DNA of 64,000 bases, from the NCBI GenBank assembly GCA_951406725.2, contig OX597821.1, positions 97,092,001-97,156,000 of the forward strand, given 5' to 3'. The DNA is from Octopus vulgaris. Lineage: Eukaryota. Of the stretch, positions 13,809 to 27,868 are shown piece by piece; position 1 is the first letter of the stretch; every line of letters starts with the position of its first letter. The notes below the pieces were generated by a model. The model made no database searches, had not been told where the DNA came from, and saw only the letters and a list, made by a program, of their open reading frames with translations. Made by a program: the position numbers and the translations under genes.

Positions 13809-14723
13809 TATGTGGGCACAGGACGTCATGAAACGAGTAAAACGAAAAAATACGAAGTACGAGTATGAACTATTTTTTCAAACAACAAAAGACGCAAATG
13901 GAAAACAAGACAAACAACATAAAGAACAACCTTTCATCCGTTGTTGGCTGTTTTTCTACTCTCGTATTTCGAGCATGTATGTATGTGTGTATGTATGTGT
14001 GTACGTACGTACGTAGTACGTACATTGTAGTTTCAGGTCTTACAAATCGAAAACATGCCCACTTAAATCCAGTTGCCTAATGAAATATTCATTTGTAAAT
14101 GACCCGTACAAATCTATTATTTATCTACATCTCATGTAGTCCTGACCTCTAATCCCTTTAATATACGCTACTACGAACTCAAGTACACGCTTCGAAATAC
14201 AATTAGACGAAATGGACATTGTTATCGAATTATATCAGGTGTCAAAAAACCAGAAACATCCTATTCAAATTAAGATGGAGCACATTTGCTAAGGCATATC
14301 CGAATTTGCGTAATAACAAACTCTGTAAGCTATATTTAATTAAAAGTATAGAAATGTGCTGAAGACACTTCGAGAAAAATAACCTACACACACAGTAAAC
14401 TCCTTCGGACACACCCAGACCTTTAAGATACACCCAGATGTAACATAACGTAGTGGTAAATATTTCTTGGGACATTGTTGTGTATAAATCTTCTCACAAC
14501 TCATATTAAATTTCTGTTCACCGCGCTTGATGATAGTTACTGTGTATAAATGGTTCTATGTGTGATCCTTTATTATGACTTCACCCTTCTAACCCAAGAT
14601 ACACCTTAATAAGAATGTGTATATCTATACACTTGTTTGTGCATTGATATGCATATCTTTATCCAACCGTCTATTGATCTATTTACATATATACACATAT
14701 ACACATACATATTTGTATGTATG

Positions 14724-14757
<34 letters not shown>

Positions 14758-14848
14758 TGTATGTTTGTATGTATGTTTGTATGTATGTTTGTATGTATGT
14801 ATAGATAGATACATACGTACACACGGATAGATAGATAGATAGACCGAG

Positions 14849-14954
<106 letters not shown>

Positions 14955-16123
14955 GAACATATGAGTATATATACACGTGTATGGTGGTAGCAGGAGTGCG
15001 TGTTGAAATACGCACACACTCACACATACATATATCGGTATGTAGGTTAAATACATTTGATAAGTGCCATGCACGAAGCAATCGTCCCTTGAGTCACTTT
15101 GTAACATCTGCCGATTAAAAGTAAAAATACATTGGTATTTATTTATATATGTGTATGTGTATGTATGCCTCTTCTGTGTAGGCGAGTACAGATATGTACC
15201 TGAGTATGCTACTAGTGGTATTTGGAAGCTTCTGTACGTCCGTATGTATGTATGTATGTATGTATGTATGTATGCATGTATGTATGTATGTATGTATGTA
15301 TGTATGTGTATGTATGTATGTGTGGTATGCATGTATGTATACGTACGTGTGTATCGGCACAGTTAAGAGTGTGACTCTTAATATCTATGTTTGTTCAAGA
15401 AGATGCAAGTACCTATGTTTATATTATGTATTCCCGTACAAAAAGCATATGTGCGCAGATAGCTATCGTTATTACTGTAAACAGTACACATATTACATTT
15501 ATGATGTTTGGTTGGTGAAAAATGGTGCCCGTATATATGCAACTGCCTAATTATAGTGAGCCGCCAAATCATGGTGGCTAAATAAATTTGGGTCAGAGTT
15601 TTTCATACAACAGGTTGTTAAAAAAGCAACAAAAAAATTGTTGCCCCCCTCCCCACCCCTGTTTTTAGGGTATCTACAGTCACTGCCCCCCCCCCCTCGA
15701 CACTTTTGTACTTAACAAAACTGCTCCGTAAAGAACAAGTATAAAATATATGTTGTTTGGTTTAAGGAGTTCGCTGGGGTTTTTTTTGTGGACAAAAATT
15801 GAAAGGAAATTCGTCTGATAAGAAAAGAAGAGAATTTTGTGTCCATTCTGAAATAATGTCTATTTTGTTTCTCTAAACTTTGTTCTTACCATCAAACACA
15901 CAGAAATATATATATGTGTGTGTGTGTATGTGTATGCGTGTATGTAGTTATGTATGTATGTAAGTATATATTTATGTGTGTGTATATATATATATGTATA
16001 AAAATATATATAAAAATACAAAATGGGACAAGAACGCAAAACATTCAAATAGACAATACAAAAAACGAACGGGTCATTCGAAGCCTCTAATCTTCAGTCA
16101 AGAACCGGATCATCCTCGCAATT

Positions 16124-16161
<38 letters not shown>

Positions 16162-16238
16162 GTGTATACATATATGTTTGTATATATGTATGTATACACA
16201 GATTTTTAAATATATAAATGTGTATGTGTGTATACAAC

Positions 16239-16320
<82 letters not shown>

Positions 16321-16594
16321 TATACATACATATACGTGTGTGTGTATGTGTGTATGCATGCGTGTGTTTCAGTGTGTGGGAGTGTGCGACTGAGGAAACG
16401 TGACATCGGTGCAGGTAGGAAGTGAGTTTTCACCGAATGGCTTCAGGTAACTCAATGGTTTGTACCTACATACATGCATGCAGAGCTAGAGATATGCATG
16501 GATATATTAAATGTGTGTTCAATGGTGGTGCTTCAGCATGGCCACATCATTGGACTGAAACATATAAGAGAATAAGAGAATGTGCTTGTGTTTG

Positions 16595-16790
16595 TGCCAT
16601 GATAGATCGTTAGCTCCTACACGTTTTTTTTCTCTCCTTGTTTTTTTCTGTGTATCTTTCTGTGGAAGAGCGTAGGCTCGAAACGTAAAAGACTTTTTCT
16701 ATTTCTATTCCTGAGCGCTATACTAATACATCTGTTTGTTTGTACTCCACCTGACTTCGTCTTTTGTTTATTTTCGTAAACTTTCCCGTT
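16595..16790 (+). mobile_element. Penelope-like terminal fragment with hammerhead-like motif
   Basis: tcttt-ctgtgga-a-gagcgtaggctc-gaaacgta-aaaga at 16655-16692. Homologous to 7675-7818. Confidence 0.65.
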
Positions 16791-16807
16791 ATATATAAAT
16801 GTATATA

Positions 16808-16974
16808 CAGGAGTGGCTGTGTGGTAAGTAGCTTGCTAACCAACCACATGGTTCCGGGTTCAGTCCCACTGCGTGGCATCTTGGCCAAGTGTCTTCTGCT
16901 ATAGCCTCGGGCCGACCAATGCCTTGTGAGTGGATTTGGTAGACGGAAACTGAAAGAAGCCCGTCGTATATATG

Positions 16975-17005
<31 letters not shown>

Positions 17006-17218
17006 TTGTGTGTCTGTGTTTGTCCCCCTAGCATTGCTTGACAACCGATGCTGGTGTGTTTATGTCCCCGTCACTTAGCGGTTCGGCAAAAGAGACCGAT
17101 AGAATAAGTACTGGGGTTACAAAGATTAAGTTCCGGGGTCGATTTGCTCGACTAAAGGCGGTGCTCCAGCATGGCCGCAGTCAAATAACTGAAACAAGTA
17201 AAAGAGTAAAGAGTAAGA
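16808..17218 (+). mobile_element. CORE-type tRNA SINE, near full length
   Basis: A box gtggctgtgtggt, B box ggttcagtccc, CORE-like cttggccaagtgtcttc, internal (TA)/(TG) tract, gtaaaaga tail repeats. Several copies in the window. Confidence 0.9.
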
Positions 17219-17499
17219 GTATAACATTTCGGATATAGTCCTTCGTCGGATACAAGAAGAAATTCCAGGAATGGGAAGGAAGAAAGGAAAGGAGATAAGA
17301 AAAGTGAAAATGCATGTGGGTTACTTTGTATGTGTGTATATGTCTTGCTTCTGGCGATCTATAGTTATGTTCTTAGCCAAAAACTATGAGAAATATTATT
17401 TTCTGTATAAAATATGATAATTGACAACTTTCTTGAAATGTGTAACATGGGTGTTAAAGAACACTTTGTGCATCCACTCCCCACCACTTATATGCGTCC

Positions 17500-17740
17500 G
17501 TAGTCTACACCTGGTTTGTTGTTCAAATATCAGCTCGTTGACCGAATTTAATCTTCTTTACGAGTGTATAGTCTTACTGAGATTTGTTGTTTAAAATTCA
17601 GCTCGCAAAGCGAAAGCGCTCCCAGTAACGTATACAGTCGCGTAGTCTATTCGTGGGTTTGTTGATCAAATTTCAGCCACTTTCGCAAGTTTAATTTTCT
17701 TTCGGACAAACTATTCGTTATTGATTTGTTCGTTTAGAGA
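17500..17740. repeat. Degenerate tandem repeat, about 70 bp x 4
   Basis: tagtct...tttgttg..caaa.ttcagc recurs near 17500, 17570, 17642 and 17712. Confidence 0.55.
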
Positions 17741-18036
17741 ACCGTTTGTATATGGGTACTAAACAGTATATATATATATATGTACACTTTTGTTTTTATG
17801 TACATTCCTTTATGTACACTGATTTGTTCTGCTTTTTATATTTAACCCTACAGTCTCTTATGTGGTGGTTTAATAAAGTATGTGATTGAGTATTATCTGG
17901 TAATTGATATTTGATTCAGATGTATTTCTCCATTTTCTTATCTTGTATATATATATATGTGTGTGTGTGTATGTATATATGTATGTATGTATGTATGTAC
18001 GTTTGTATGTATGTATGTATGTATATGTATGTAGGC

Positions 18037-18083
<47 letters not shown>

Positions 18084-18085
18084 CA

Positions 18086-18116
<31 letters not shown>

Positions 18117-19979
18117 GTGTATATATGTATGTTATGGTACCTAGCCAGCCTTGGCGTTCTACATGTTGATGTGCCTAGATTCTAATGAATCTTGTAACTA
18201 ATCTATATATGTATGTATATATATATTACCTAGTGACTAGTTTAAGGAATGTATTTATTTCTGTTTCGGTTCTAACTGAACGTGTTCCCAGTTAGTGAGT
18301 ATAATTAACTCTGTAATCTAGTCACCAAATGAAATATGTTAACATACTCTGCTTCGTGATGTAACTAACCACTGCTCTTAGGAACACACATGAAAATACA
18401 CACGCACACACACACACACAGACACACACACATATGTTTATATGTGTATATGTGTGTGTGTGTGTGTGGGGGGGTGATTGTATATTCTTTATATTCCTCA
18501 CATAAAGAAGGAGTAGATTCCTAGCTGAGAAGTAGCATCTATTGTTGGTATTTACACATCAACATATGTGTATCGCTAGATGCTAAATATATAAATGAAT
18601 CTTGTACGATATTACTATGGTGCTTATAGATTAAATTTGGAGAACACGTCTTAGAAGATGGTTCGTTTTTTGGGGTTTTTTTTCGAGGAAAACTTCTAAA
18701 TTTAAAGACTATTTACGTAAACTTTGGCGACATCAACCAAATGTAACAATGATTACAAGATGAAATTTGAATATATAAAATATATTTATAGAAAATTCAA
18801 ACTCCAAAATAACTGTAAATCTAACCCAAGTTCTTCCCTGACTTTCGGTAGGTTCTTCAGATACATTAAATTGTTGATCTAGCAGAATCATTCATATTCA
18901 TTTTTGTTTGCAGTCCCAGGTGGTATTGTTGGATATATTAATCTAGTTTTTAGTGTGTAGTTGATCTGATGTCTCGATTTGACGCCTCCAACCGACGTCT
19001 CAACATGATGTCTCGTCCTATCCCACAATTCTGTTGTGCCTATTCTATCATGTCTCCGTAGAATTGAGAACCATACTGCATACTCAGATACGCATATGAG
19101 ATGCAATATAACAACCTGTGCTTGTTTTCTCTTTCTACGGTTCAGATTATACACTTGTGTTTGTATTTGGTGGATATTTCAGTGTGATTATTAATGCTTC
19201 TGTTACCGTGGACGGGTACGGTATTTTCCGGCATACAAATGGAATTATTCAGATAAAAATTTACATCCAGAAAAGATAGGTCAACTTGTACACTAAGAAG
19301 ACTTTAGAGGCCAAAAGTTCCTCGTGAAATGCAGTAGGGTTTGGAAAGATAGTGACTACATTTGAATGTTTACATTGCATGATTACACTATATATACTAT
19401 GTCAAATTGCACGCCTGAAAATACGGTAGGTGTTTCCAGGTGGTCGGACTATTCTCATATTTAACTCAGAATAGTGCATCCTAAGGATGGCGTTTTGTAC
19501 TGGGATGCTGATGAAATGTGGCTCATACTACTGATAATATCTATAATGTTTTCCCTAGAATTATGACATAGCTGACATTTTATGTCACGTGTCGAGTATC
19601 TAAAAGGTTCGTTATTTCACTTAGCTGCGTGTGTGTGTATAATATAATATATATATATATATAGTTACTTGTCGTCTTCTCACTTCGTCTTTCAACCATT
19701 TCTACAGTGTCTTACCTTTTCTAAATACTTCATCCAGTGCTTTTCTTCTCCAAACTACAGCTATCCAGAAATCTCTCACCGTTTACTATTCTTCAGCAAA
19801 CAGCCTACAGACGTTGAGCATAGACCTCATCAAGCTATGGCGGCCTGTAATTGGAGAAGTTACCTCCGCTCCATACAAACACACACCTCATATCACTATC
19901 TTTGAATATCTTGTAATCAAGACTATTTTCCCCGTTTTATTATGGTTTTTATTTTTTTCACGTTACCTTTTTATCAAAC

Positions 19980-20369
19980 GGCATATATATACAAGTGCAT
20001 CCGTCCCTATTCTGCTTCCTCATAACTTTCGGGAAAATCGGTATTTTTCAATGAGAATGTTCTGCGACGACCTTTCAGATGGTGCAGATTACGATTATAT
20101 CGACATTTAATGTGAAAAAAGTTGGTGGACGCACATTCATATATACTGACACATTACATAAATAGCTGCAAAGAAGTACTGTTTGTCAGTATGTATATGT
20201 GAGCAACCTTCATTTTCTTTTTTCTTTTTTCCTTTTCACATTAAATTTCGATATCATCAGAGTTTACACCATCTGAAAGATATTTGTCGAAAAATTCATT
20301 AAAACGTACTAATTTTTCTGAAAGTTATGAGGAAACAAATTCGCTGGTGTCTACTTGTATATGTATGCC
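19980..20369. mobile_element. Fold-back MITE of Mutator (MULE) type
   Basis: About 170 bp imperfect inverted arms starting ggcat. 9 bp TSD ttatcaaac (19971-19979) and ttatcaaag (20370-20378). Confidence 0.8.
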
Positions 20370-20744
20370 TTATCAAAGTCTTCGGCTACTAAGCATATGG
20401 ATGTGGCCGTTTTTTTTTTTTAATTTATTCTGGGTGTAATATGTATTATATAAAAACAAAATGCAACAAAACTACACTAACATTGCACACATATTTACAT
20501 ATTAATCACAATTTATTTCCGGTGCTAATGATTATGATACCTTTGTTGTTTAACAAAAGCTTGGCTTTAATTAAGCAGATCTAGACTCGAAAAGAACTCG
20601 AGTTGCAAACATGCTGTAATAATTTAATATGAACGTTTTTCAAAGTCAATAGGTTGCGATTTGAAGCAGAGTTGGCTTCTAATTCTTGCAGGTCGATCAA
20701 TCATCCAGTGAAAAATACATTCGTATTAATCTAGTTAGGTTACC

Positions 20745-21060
20745 AATACAGCATCTTTCAGACACTAGTCGGCAGCAATAGTTAGTTAGTAGTAAAAAAA
20801 AAAGTATATTCAAATATCGACCACATACAGGGAGAAATACTTTTACACACACATAGACATAACGCAGCAGCACCATATCTTTCAGACATTGCTGGTTATA
20901 ATAATAGTTAGTACCACAAAAGATTCGAATATTGATTAGATATGGCGAGATATTCATTCACACACATAGTTAAATAGTAGTATCTATTTCAGACTTTGCT
21001 GGTTATAATAGTCAGTAGTACTGAAAACATTAATGTATTGATTGACCGACCACACATGTG
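20745..21060. repeat. Degenerate tandem repeat, about 115-120 bp x 3
   Basis: tttcagac..tgctggttataata...tagta recurs at about 20756, 20880 and 20987. Confidence 0.6.
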
Positions 21061-21150
21061 AAGAGCGATTTGACTATGTTCTTCATTCATGAAAGTTTTA
21101 CTTAGTATTAATGCAAAATTTTCTGATACGACAGAAAGTAATTTGCTGGG

Positions 21151-21211
<61 letters not shown>

Positions 21212-21844
21212 CACACACATCACACACACACATCACATCACACACACACACGCATGCACATATACAGAGAGAGAGAGAGTGAGAAAGACAGAGAGAGAGA
21301 GAGAGAGAGACTGGCAAATAGATACAAATACACATTTACATATGTACGCACGCGCGTATATGCAAACGCACCTGCAGATGTATGTATACATACATACAAA
21401 CATACATGCATTCATATATACATGCATATATATATGTATATATACATATATATTTATATATATGTGTATGTATATATATAGATATAATACGCACACACAT
21501 ACACACACACACGCACACATACACACACACACATATATACACACATACTTTAATGGTGAAATAACCAGACTATCATTGGTTTCATGTTGAGCGAGATATC
21601 TCTTAACAAATAGTCAAGTCTGCCACACAGGACGTTGGTGATCGTCTCCATCTTGTTTTTAGCCAAGATGGAGACGAACACTACGAATAAAGTATATTTA
21701 TCCAGCAATGAGGAGTTGAGCACTCATTTTCACTGTTCGATCTTAATACACACACAACCACACACGCGCGCACAAACACATACACACAAACACACATACA
21801 CACACATATAAATGTTAATAGATCGATACATATATTTTCCCAAA

Positions 21845-22139
21845 GCGGCGAGCTGGCAGACACGTTAGCGCGCCGGGCGAAATGCTTAGCGGTATTTCGT
21901 GCGTGTCCTTGTTTGTCTCCTCTATGTTTAGCCCCTTGTGGGTAGTAAAGAAATAGGTATTTCGTCTGTCGTTACGTTCTGAGTTCAAATTCCGCCGAGG
22001 TCGACTTTGCCTTTCATCCTTTCGGGGTCGATAAATAAAGTACCAGTTTCGCATCGGGGGGCGATATAATCGACTCAATCCCTTCGTCTGTCCTTGTTTG
22101 TCCCCTCTGTGTTTAGCCCTTTCTGGGCAGTAAAGAAAC
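21845..22139 (+). mobile_element. Deu/Nin SINE containing a nested 5'-truncated copy of the same family
   Basis: Inner piece 21901-21955 is flanked by ggtatttcgt at 21891-21900 and 21956-21965. Outer TSD is atatattttccca. Confidence 0.85.
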
Positions 22140-22413
22140 ATATATATTTTCCCAGAGCATGAGCGAGCTGTTACTCAATTTTTACGTCCGGCTTCACCTG
22201 ATGAAGCGGCAACGTGAAACTTGAATAGCTGACCGGTCATACGCAGCTTTGGATAAGGGTTATTCCACTTTACTTCACCCCGTTGAATCATGAATCATTT
22301 TTCGCTTAATTGCATCCACGCATGCGTGATACCACCATATCTAGACAAGGCATTGGGTAGGTATCTTCTTTTGAGTGAATTTGGTTGACGGAAACTGGAA
22401 GCAGCCCATCGTA

Positions 22414-22544
<131 letters not shown>

Positions 22545-23116
22545 GTGTGTGTGTGTGTGTGTTCAATACTTATATAAACGCTCTCCATGGCTGGCCATCT
22601 AGTGGAATTGTGTCAGATGTTTCGTTTTGGTACATATAACTGGAAATTGATAATGAAATCAAAAGAAACCAGGAAATTACAAAAATAGACTTGGGTATCG
22701 CGTGTAAGCGAAACGACAATGCTTAAAAGTCATTTATTAAATGACATCATTAAAGATTTCTGTCTTCAATTATCGCCGAGGTTGACCTTTCATCCTTTTA
22801 TGGTCGATAAAATAAGTATCATTCGAGCACAGTGGTCGATGTAATCGACTTACCCATCCACTCAAAATTAATGGCCATGTGCCAAAATTTAGAATTATTA
22901 CAGATTCCTCATTTTAATTGCTGAATGTCCTAACTTTTGGAAATCACTATGCTAACATCATAGAAAAGAAAACATTTCTCGTGAAAAAGATTTTGAAGCA
23001 ATATGCGCACGCGCGTGGCGTGTGTGTGTCGGGGGTGTGCTTGCGTGTATATAAAATATATGTGTGTGCGTGTGTGTGTCTCTCTCTTCCTCTCTCTCTC
23101 TCTCCCCCCTCTCTCT

Positions 23117-23276
23117 CGCAGGCGTGACTGTGTGGTAAGAAGCTTGCTTGTCAACCATATAGTTCCGAGTTCAGTCCACTTGCGTGGCACCTTGGGCAAG
23201 TGTCTTCTACTATAGCCACGGTCTGACAAAAGCCTTGTAAGTGGATTTGGTAAATGGAAACTGAAAGAAGACTGTC

Positions 23277-23319
<43 letters not shown>

Positions 23320-23554
23320 TATATATGCATGTATATATCTATGTGTGTATATTTGTGTTTGTCCCCACCATCACCGCTTACAACCGGTGTTGGCGTGTTT
23401 GCGTCCACGTAACCTAGCTGTTCGGCGAAATAGATCGATAGACTAAGTACCAGGCTCAAACAAGAAGTAGAAGTCACTCGACTAAAAATTCAAGGCGCTA
23501 CCCCAGTATGGCCATAGTCTAATAAATGAAACAAGTAAAGGAAAGGTAAAAGAA
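23117..23554 (+). mobile_element. CORE-type tRNA SINE
   Basis: Colinear with 16808-17218. Contains caccttgggcaagtgtcttc. Confidence 0.9.
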
Positions 23555-23574
23555 CGATATATATATATATATAT

Positions 23575-23687
23575 CATCATTATCATCGCTTAACGTCCGC
23601 TTTCCATGCTAGCATGGGTTGGACGATTTGACTGAGGACTGGCGAACCAGATGGCCTGCACCAGGCTCCAATCTGATCTGGCAAGGC
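23575..23687 (-). mobile_element. 3' end of a retroposon with an RTE-like (GAT)n tail
   Basis: Reverse complement cgtccaacccatgctagcatggaaagcggacgttaa-(gat)n. Related tail at about 41760-41834. Confidence 0.7.
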
Positions 23688-24597
23688 GATCTTTGGTTTT
23701 AAGTTATATTTAACTGTGGTGGGGTTGATAAAGAAAGCTAGCATTTACTCGGGATACTCAAGTTTGTTTTTGCTCTTTCAAAAACTGATTTGCTTTCATT
23801 ATCAATCCACCAGTTATATGTACATAAAACGAAAGATCACTGATATATTATGTTTTAACCAGGTGTACCCAGCCACGCCTTCAGTTTTATCACTAGCACC
23901 TTTCAACTCCACATTGGATATGTTGCGGCTACACAACGATGGTTGTCCCGAACTTTAGGCGTGGTGAGTCTATTCCGTCTGCCACATATATATATATTAA
24001 TATATGCATACACGCGTACGCGCACGTACACACATATGCACACACAAACACACGCTTGTATGCCTTTACATAAGCACATAGACTGTTCAGGTGTGTATGA
24101 TACCCGCACACATCATATGTATGTGTGCACGTTTAGGTATGTGTTCGCCAGTTCTTAACAACAACACGAACGTAAAATATGTGTGCGTGCGTATAAAATT
24201 AATATAATGATATTATAATATAATATAGTATAATATAATTTAAATATAAATATAACATTAATATAAATAGCGATAAATATAATATTCACATCCTCGGCAG
24301 GATGTTCTAGGATTGGCTGCTGCTTTCTCGAGTAACCGTTTCTATAGACCGTATACAGTTTCACGTGGCTGTTTTCACAAATTGCCATGGTATAATTAGT
24401 ATTTTGCTGTGGATTTGTAACTGATATTCCTAAAGCAAACACGTAACACCTTTACTAACACATCGTATTAATTGTGGTTCTATATAGACATAGGTGTAAA
24501 CTCCTCACATACCTTTTATAATTACATATGTATGTGTTGTGTGCGTGTGTATACGAATGTATTTTATTCATATATCGTGAGCGCGCGTGTGTTTGCG

Positions 24598-24645
<48 letters not shown>

Positions 24646-24839
24646 TTGTGTATATATATATTACCGACACTACCAACTTCTACAATAACAAGTCAACAAG
24701 AAGGGGAGGGATGGGAACCTACTACAAATAACAGCCAAATCTCCTTTACATACAAAAAATGCGTATTGGTCACGATTAGAATGTTTTTCATTATAGCTCT
24801 GCTCGGTCAGCGCTTATTTATGGCTAAACAACAACACCT

Positions 24840-25110
24840 ATAATATACCACTGACAGTATAGGCTCCAACTATATTTCCCCCAACACAATAGGCGCCTAC
24901 AGTACACTACAAACAGTATAGGTTCCTACTATACATCATATACATCCTACTATACATCACATTAAGCACCTAGTAGCTAAGTACTATAGGCTCCAACTAT
25001 ACTTCCTCCAACATATTAGGCTCCAGCTATACTTCCTCCAACACAATAGGCTCCTACAACACACCACCAACACATTAGGCAGCTACAATATCTCAATGCT
25101 ATAGGCTGAC
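24840..25110. repeat. Degenerate minisatellite, about 30 bp unit
   Basis: taggctccaactatacttcctccaaca-like unit, about 8 copies. Confidence 0.7.
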
Positions 25111-25495
25111 TGATACAATAACTCACCCATGTTAGAAGCAATAGTCAAATTTCAATTCATACTCCATCATCTCCAATAAAAAATGACATACTGGTAAGTA
25201 TGATCCTTGGGACGCATAAAAAAACTTACGATGGTCACAATCGAACTGCCTGCCTATCTCAAGGCAACGAGGCAAACTGCTAAAATAGCGGCCAAAATTC
25301 AATAAGCGACCTGTTACTAATTAAATAAGGAAAGCACATCTTCAATTCCCTAAAAGACAGGATGGTCACTCTTGGAATACCTTTCATCATAGACCTATTC
25401 GATCATTGTTTTGAAGGGCAGACAAACAACAAACAGCATCTCTGCCTGTCTTATCTAATATTCTCCCATTAGATCCGGGACCAGTTCCAAACAAA

Positions 25496-26160
25496 TGGTC
25501 GAGCCTCTACAAAGAACACCGTATTATATATTACCTTAGCTCATCAAACTATAATTAGAAATAGATTGCCTACATATGGTAGAGGTGCTAGTCGATTACA
25601 TCGATCCCAGTGCTGAACTGGTATTTATTTTATCGACTCCGAAAGGATGAAAGGCAAAGTCAACCTTGGCGTAAGATGCAGAAGGAAATGTTCTAAATTG
25701 CAAAACAAAATACTTGAAGTGGATTTGAACTCAAGTTCTCTCAGTTTGTAGACAGTACGACCAGCCGTCACTCGCGAGTATGGCTTGGTAACATGTACAA
25801 TAAGAAGAAAAGGATAAGGATCTTTTTCAGTCATATAGACTCATAGGGCCGGTTTTCCGGTTTCTGTGGGGCATATACTCCACTCCACCACCACCTGGAC
25901 GGGACGCTAGTTTTTGTCAACTGAGTGGAGTGGAGCAACGTGAAAATGAAGTGTTTTGCTCAAGAGCACAAAGCACCGTTCGGTCCAGTAATCGAAACCA
26001 CAATCTTACGGCCATGAGTCCAACAGTCTAACCACTAAGCCACGCACCTCCATATGTACAATACTTTCGTTAGATGTTTTGGATAACTACATTGTCATGA
26101 GCAGACGCAAACACCCTCACAGCCCTCGCAGACTCTGACCTTGTGAAACGTTTAGAATGT
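25496..26160 (+). repeat. Local direct duplication, copy 1. Includes a minus-strand tRNA SINE at about 25820-26052
   Basis: Highly similar to 27480-28340 from tggtcgagcctctac to aaacgtttagaatgt. Confidence 0.9.
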
Positions 26161-26962
26161 AATGCTTTGAAAGACAGAGAGGAGTGAGAGCGAGAGAGAA
26201 CTATAGTAGCTGTCAGCTGAGCACACTAGAATAACGTGAAATGAAGTGCATTGTTCAAGGACACAACAAGCCACCCGGCCCAGGAATTGAACCCACGGCT
26301 GTATGATTTGCGAGCCAAACACAGTAACAACTGCGCCACGCACCATTGCAATTCGTAGGCATATAACGTCTTGTTTTTTTAGGTACTAGACCAGCAATTT
26401 TAAGGTGAAAGAGTCGATATCATCAGCTTCGGTACGTGACTGGTACTTTATTTTCTTGATCACGAAAGGATGAAAAGCAAATTTGATTTCGGCGTGGTTT
26501 CAGCCCTGAATATAACGAGTTGGAAGTTGGTGGGCAAATAATACCTCATCCACTTATAGCCGTGGTCAAAATAATTCATCATTTTTACTGGCTCGGTGAT
26601 CCAAGCTATAAACAGGTACTTATGGTGCTATACACCTCTTCACGGGAGATCAGTGGCGGCAGTACATAATTAATGATGAGTTGTTTGTTATGATGCAGAG
26701 CGGTGAATTTAGATCCTACCACATATATAAATAGTGCAGTTATGTGTGCTAACGTAACCAATGTAGCAACTATGATAACTTTTAAGTAATGAAGATATAC
26801 AGCTGTAACTAAGAGAGAGGTAAACAGTGTTGAACAATGCTTAGTAGATATAGATAGCAAAGGCATTCTCTTATACATAACTGACATAAACAGCCAATGA
26901 TCTCTCTCCCTCTCTCTCGCTTTCTCTCCCGTATATATTTATACATATGTAGGTGTGTGTGC

Positions 26963-27001
<39 letters not shown>

Positions 27002-27051
27002 TACATATCTATCTGTCTGTCTATATCTATATCTATCTGTCTGTCTATCTA

Positions 27052-27087
<36 letters not shown>

Positions 27088-27479
27088 CACATTCCTATAA
27101 ATATTCCCATAAATGTGTCTCTATGCACACGTGTAAATATATATATATATATATTTACACACCCATGCACACACGCACTCACACACACGTACGCACAGGC
27201 ACACACGCACACACACACACACACACACATACATACATACATACATATATGCACACGCAATAATAAACGTATGCGTTTGTGTTTGTATGTGAGTATGTAT
27301 TTGTGTTTGTGTAGTTAAAAAGAGAACCATATGTTCCGATATTCTATTCCAAACGAAACGAACTCATCATCCAATCCTTCTGTTACTCTATTACTGCTTC
27401 TATACTGATTTTATTAAGTCTAAATGAATAGCTAATTAATTATGAACGTACATCATAAGATCAAACGCGTTTAGGTACC

Positions 27480-27784
27480 TGGTCGAGCCTCTACAAAGAA
27501 CACCATATTATATATTACCTTAGCTCATCAAACTATAATTAGAAATAGGTTGCCTACATATGGTAGAGGTGCTAGTCGATTACATCGATCCCAGTGCTCA
27601 ACTGGTATTTATTTTATCGACTCCGAAAAGATGAAGGGCAAAGTCATCCTTGGCGGAATTTGAACTTAGAACATTAGGACGGACGAAATGCCGCTAAGTA
27701 TTTTGCCAGGCGTGCTAACTATTCTGCCAGCTCGTCGCCTTAGTTTCCCAGCTTATATTAGGCTGAAGTCGTATCCAAGGGCTG

Positions 27785-27868
<84 letters not shown>

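Noticed and set aside
18900-18950. Strong acceptor tttttgtttgcag as a possible second exon
   Set aside because: Phase-0 reading hits TAG after 10 codons and no convincing donor follows.
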